From Escherichia coli (GTDB lineage Bacteria > Pseudomonadota > Gammaproteobacteria > Enterobacterales > Enterobacteriaceae), in assembly GCF_003018255.1 (NCBI RefSeq), contig NZ_CP027440.1: a DNA stretch of 64,000 nucleotides. One strand, 5' to 3'. Made by a program: the position numbers and the translations under genes. This document shows positions 61,835 through 64,000 of this stretch, piece after piece. The notes beneath the pieces are model-generated. The model saw only the letters and a list, made by a program, of their open reading frames with translations, did not search any database and was not told the origin of the DNA. Positions within the stretch are counted from its first letter, which is position 1, and every line of letters starts with the position of its first letter.

Positions 61835-62485
61835 TTGGCGATTCGTCTTCATAAACTGGCTGTTGCTTTAGGTGTCTTTATTGTTAGCGCTCCTGCCTTT
61901 TCGCATGGTCATCACTCACACGGCAAACCCTTAACAGAGGTCGAACAAAAAGCTGCTAATGGTGTTTTTGATGATACCAATGTACAAAACCGAACGCTCA
62001 GTGACTGGGATGGAGTCTGGCAATCCGTTTACCCTTTACTGCAAAGTGGCAAACTTGATCCCGTCTTTCAGAAGAAAGCGGATGCAGATAAAACCAAACC
62101 ATTTGCTGAAATTAAAGATTATTATCGCAAAGGTTATGCGACAGATATCGAAATGATTGGCATTGAGGACGGCATTGTCGAATTCCATAGAAATAATGAA
62201 ACAACATCCTGTAAATATGATTACGATGGATACAAAATACTCACCTATAAATCAGGCAAGAAAGGCGTTCGTTACTTATTCGAATGTAAAGATCCTGAAA
62301 GCAAAGCCCCTAAATATATACAATTTAGCGATCATATAATTGCACCACGAAAATCATCTCATTTTCACATTTTTATGGGTAATGATTCCCAGCAATCTTT
62401 ATTGAATGAAATGGAAAACTGGCCAACGTATTATCCCTATCAGTTGAGTAGCGAAGAAGTGGTCGAGGAGATGATGTCTCATTGA
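61835..62485 (+). CDS. zinT: Periplasmic zinc/cadmium-binding protein ZinT (YodA)
   Basis: Signal peptide followed by the His-rich HGHHSHG stretch; 216 aa. Confidence 0.9.
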   Translation: MAIRLHKLAVALGVFIVSAPAFSHGHHSHGKPLTEVEQKAANGVFDDTNVQNRTLSDWDGVWQSVYPLLQSGKLDPVFQKKADADKTKPFAEIKDYYRKGYATDIEMIGIEDGIVEFHRNNETTSCKYDYDGYKILTYKSGKKGVRYLFECKDPESKAPKYIQFSDHIIAPRKSSHFHIFMGNDSQQSLLNEMENWPTYYPYQLSSEEVVEEMMSH

Positions 62486-63154
62486 TTTTTTTGCGCTGAC
62501 TTCAGTTATTTAACAGAACAGTGCCTGGTAGTAACAACAATAATTTACCAAGACAAATAAGTAAGACAAACTCAGACACGCTCATGCTTGAGACGTGTCT
62601 TTTTTATTATGTCTGTAGAAAAAAACTGAGAAAACGGCGAACAATAAATACACAACTCACCAATACAGACTGGCTGCGCCAATGTCTCCAGGAGCAAGTC
62701 ATCTGTCATGGTAAAGCTAACCAGAAATATAGGTTAATTTTGGTATTTAAACCTTTTTTACTTGTTAGTATGATACAAAGGCTTTCAAAAAAGCTGGGAA
62801 ATTCAACAACTCTTGGAAATTATGGACTTTGTCCCGCGGCTTTAATCTGACGGCCGCGTTCCTTTTTTTGCTCAATTATTGACCCCTTCTCTACGCAAAT
62901 TCAGTTCCCACCACTAACTTTGCGGCAGCTTCGTAGGATCAATGTCTAAAAGAATAATGGTGACCGATAAGAAAACGACTGAATAACTGCAGATTTTCGC
63001 TCGAGACCTTCTTGTCAGATCCATAGCGAATCAAGTGCTGAATGTCACAGTATCGAACAGAAAACAGTGACGATCTAACCCTTCAAGAATATTCTACGAT
63101 TGTTCTGTTTAGGAAAAGCAAGGCGGGAAGTCGGGAGATAAGTCATTGATAAAG

Positions 63155-63244
63155 TGGCGGAGAGAGGGGGATTTGAACCCCCGGTAGAGTTGCCCCTACT
63201 CCGGTTTTCGAGACCGGTCCGTTCAGCCGCTCCGGCATCTCTCC
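63155..63244 (-). tRNA. serU: tRNA-Ser (anticodon CGA; serU-like), 90 nt including CCA
   Basis: The minus strand reads GGAGAGATGCCGGAGCGGCTGAACGGACCGGTCTCGAAAACCGGAGTAGGGGCAACTCTACCGGGGGTTCAAATCCCCCTCTCTCCGCCA, with a long variable arm. Confidence 0.9.
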
Positions 63245-63337
63245 GTTCAGATGGTTGCCATGATGCCAGGAAATTTGGCATTTTAACAGTCCCTGTCCGT
63301 GCAATTTTGTTCAAGTGACGAGTTTGCGAGCAAAACG

Positions 63338-64000
63338 ATGATTAAGTGGCCCTGGAAAGTACAAGAATCAGCACATCAAACTGCCCTTCCCTGGCAGGAA
63401 GCACTATCGATCCCCCTTTTAACGTGTCTGACGGAACAGGAACAAAGCAAATTAGTCACTCTTGCCGAACGTTTTTTACAGCAAAAGCGGCTTGTTCCTT
63501 TACAGGGCTTTGAACTGGATTCATTAAGAAGCTGCCGGATAGCACTTCTATTTTGCCTGCCCGTTCTGGAGTTAGGACTGGAATGGCTGGATGGTTTTCA
63601 TGAAGTCTTAATTTATCCTGCGCCATTTGTGGTCGATGATGAATGGGAAGACGATATCGGTCTGGTGCATAACCAACGTATTGTTCAGTCAGGTCAGAGC
63701 TGGCAGCAAGGGCCTATCGTTTTGAACTGGTTGGATATACAAGATTCTTTTGATGCTTCTGGTTTTAACCTGATTATTCATGAAGTCGCTCATAAGCTGG
63801 ACACCCGTAACGGCGATCGCGCCAGCGGAGTTCCCTTTATTCCGTTGCGTGAGGTTGCTGGCTGGGAACACGATCTTCATGCTGCAATGAACAACATTCA
63901 GGAAGAAATCGAATTGGTTGGCGAGAATGCGGCGAGCATTGATGCTTATGCTGCCAGTGATCCTGCTGAATGTTTTGCCGTACTTTCTGAATATTTCTTT
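63338..64000 (+). CDS. mtfA: Mlc-titration factor MtfA (YeeI), 5' part (continues past the window end)
   Basis: Starts [19 protein letters not shown]... and includes the zinc-peptidase motif HEVAHKLD; no stop within the window. Confidence 0.85.

Noticed and set aside
62521-62850. 109-aa plus-strand ORF downstream of zinT
   Set aside because: AT-rich, no RBS, Lys/Arg/Leu-rich low-complexity product; likely non-coding intergenic sequence.
63075-63314. 79-aa minus-strand ORF
   Set aside because: It lies on top of the tRNA-Ser gene; spurious.

Overview
This window looks like E. coli-type chromosome. It holds the 3' part of the flagellar fliF-fliR cluster, then rcsA, dsrB, yodD, dsrA, yedP, dgcQ, yodC, yedI, yedA, vsr, dcm, yedJ and yedR. 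A ~34.4-kb P2/186-like prophage follows, inserted in the porin gene yedS, and after it come hchA, hprSR, hiuH, msrPQ, zinT, tRNA-Ser and the start of mtfA. The prophage looks complete: ogr, D, U, T, E/E', FII, FI, a Hin/Gin-type invertible tail-fibre switch, H to V, a lysis cassette, X, L, M, N, O, P, Q, cos, a 186-like cI/apl/cII switch and integrase. Its cargo is the main point of interest: a retron-type reverse transcriptase fused to a Toprim domain (Ec67 / Retron-Eco2-like) with a candidate msr-msd ncRNA, sitting between Q and cos. Other cargo is a LexA-boxed Tum/DinI-like pair, a PP-loop (PAPS-reductase-like) ATPase + Dam + ASCH + TraR module, and two small uncharacterised genes beside int. 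Separately, fliP is interrupted by a ~94-bp insert with a 25-nt poly-T run flanked by a ~230-bp duplication, which is either a real lesion or an assembly artefact. All calls are from reading the sequence and ORF translations; no database search was run.
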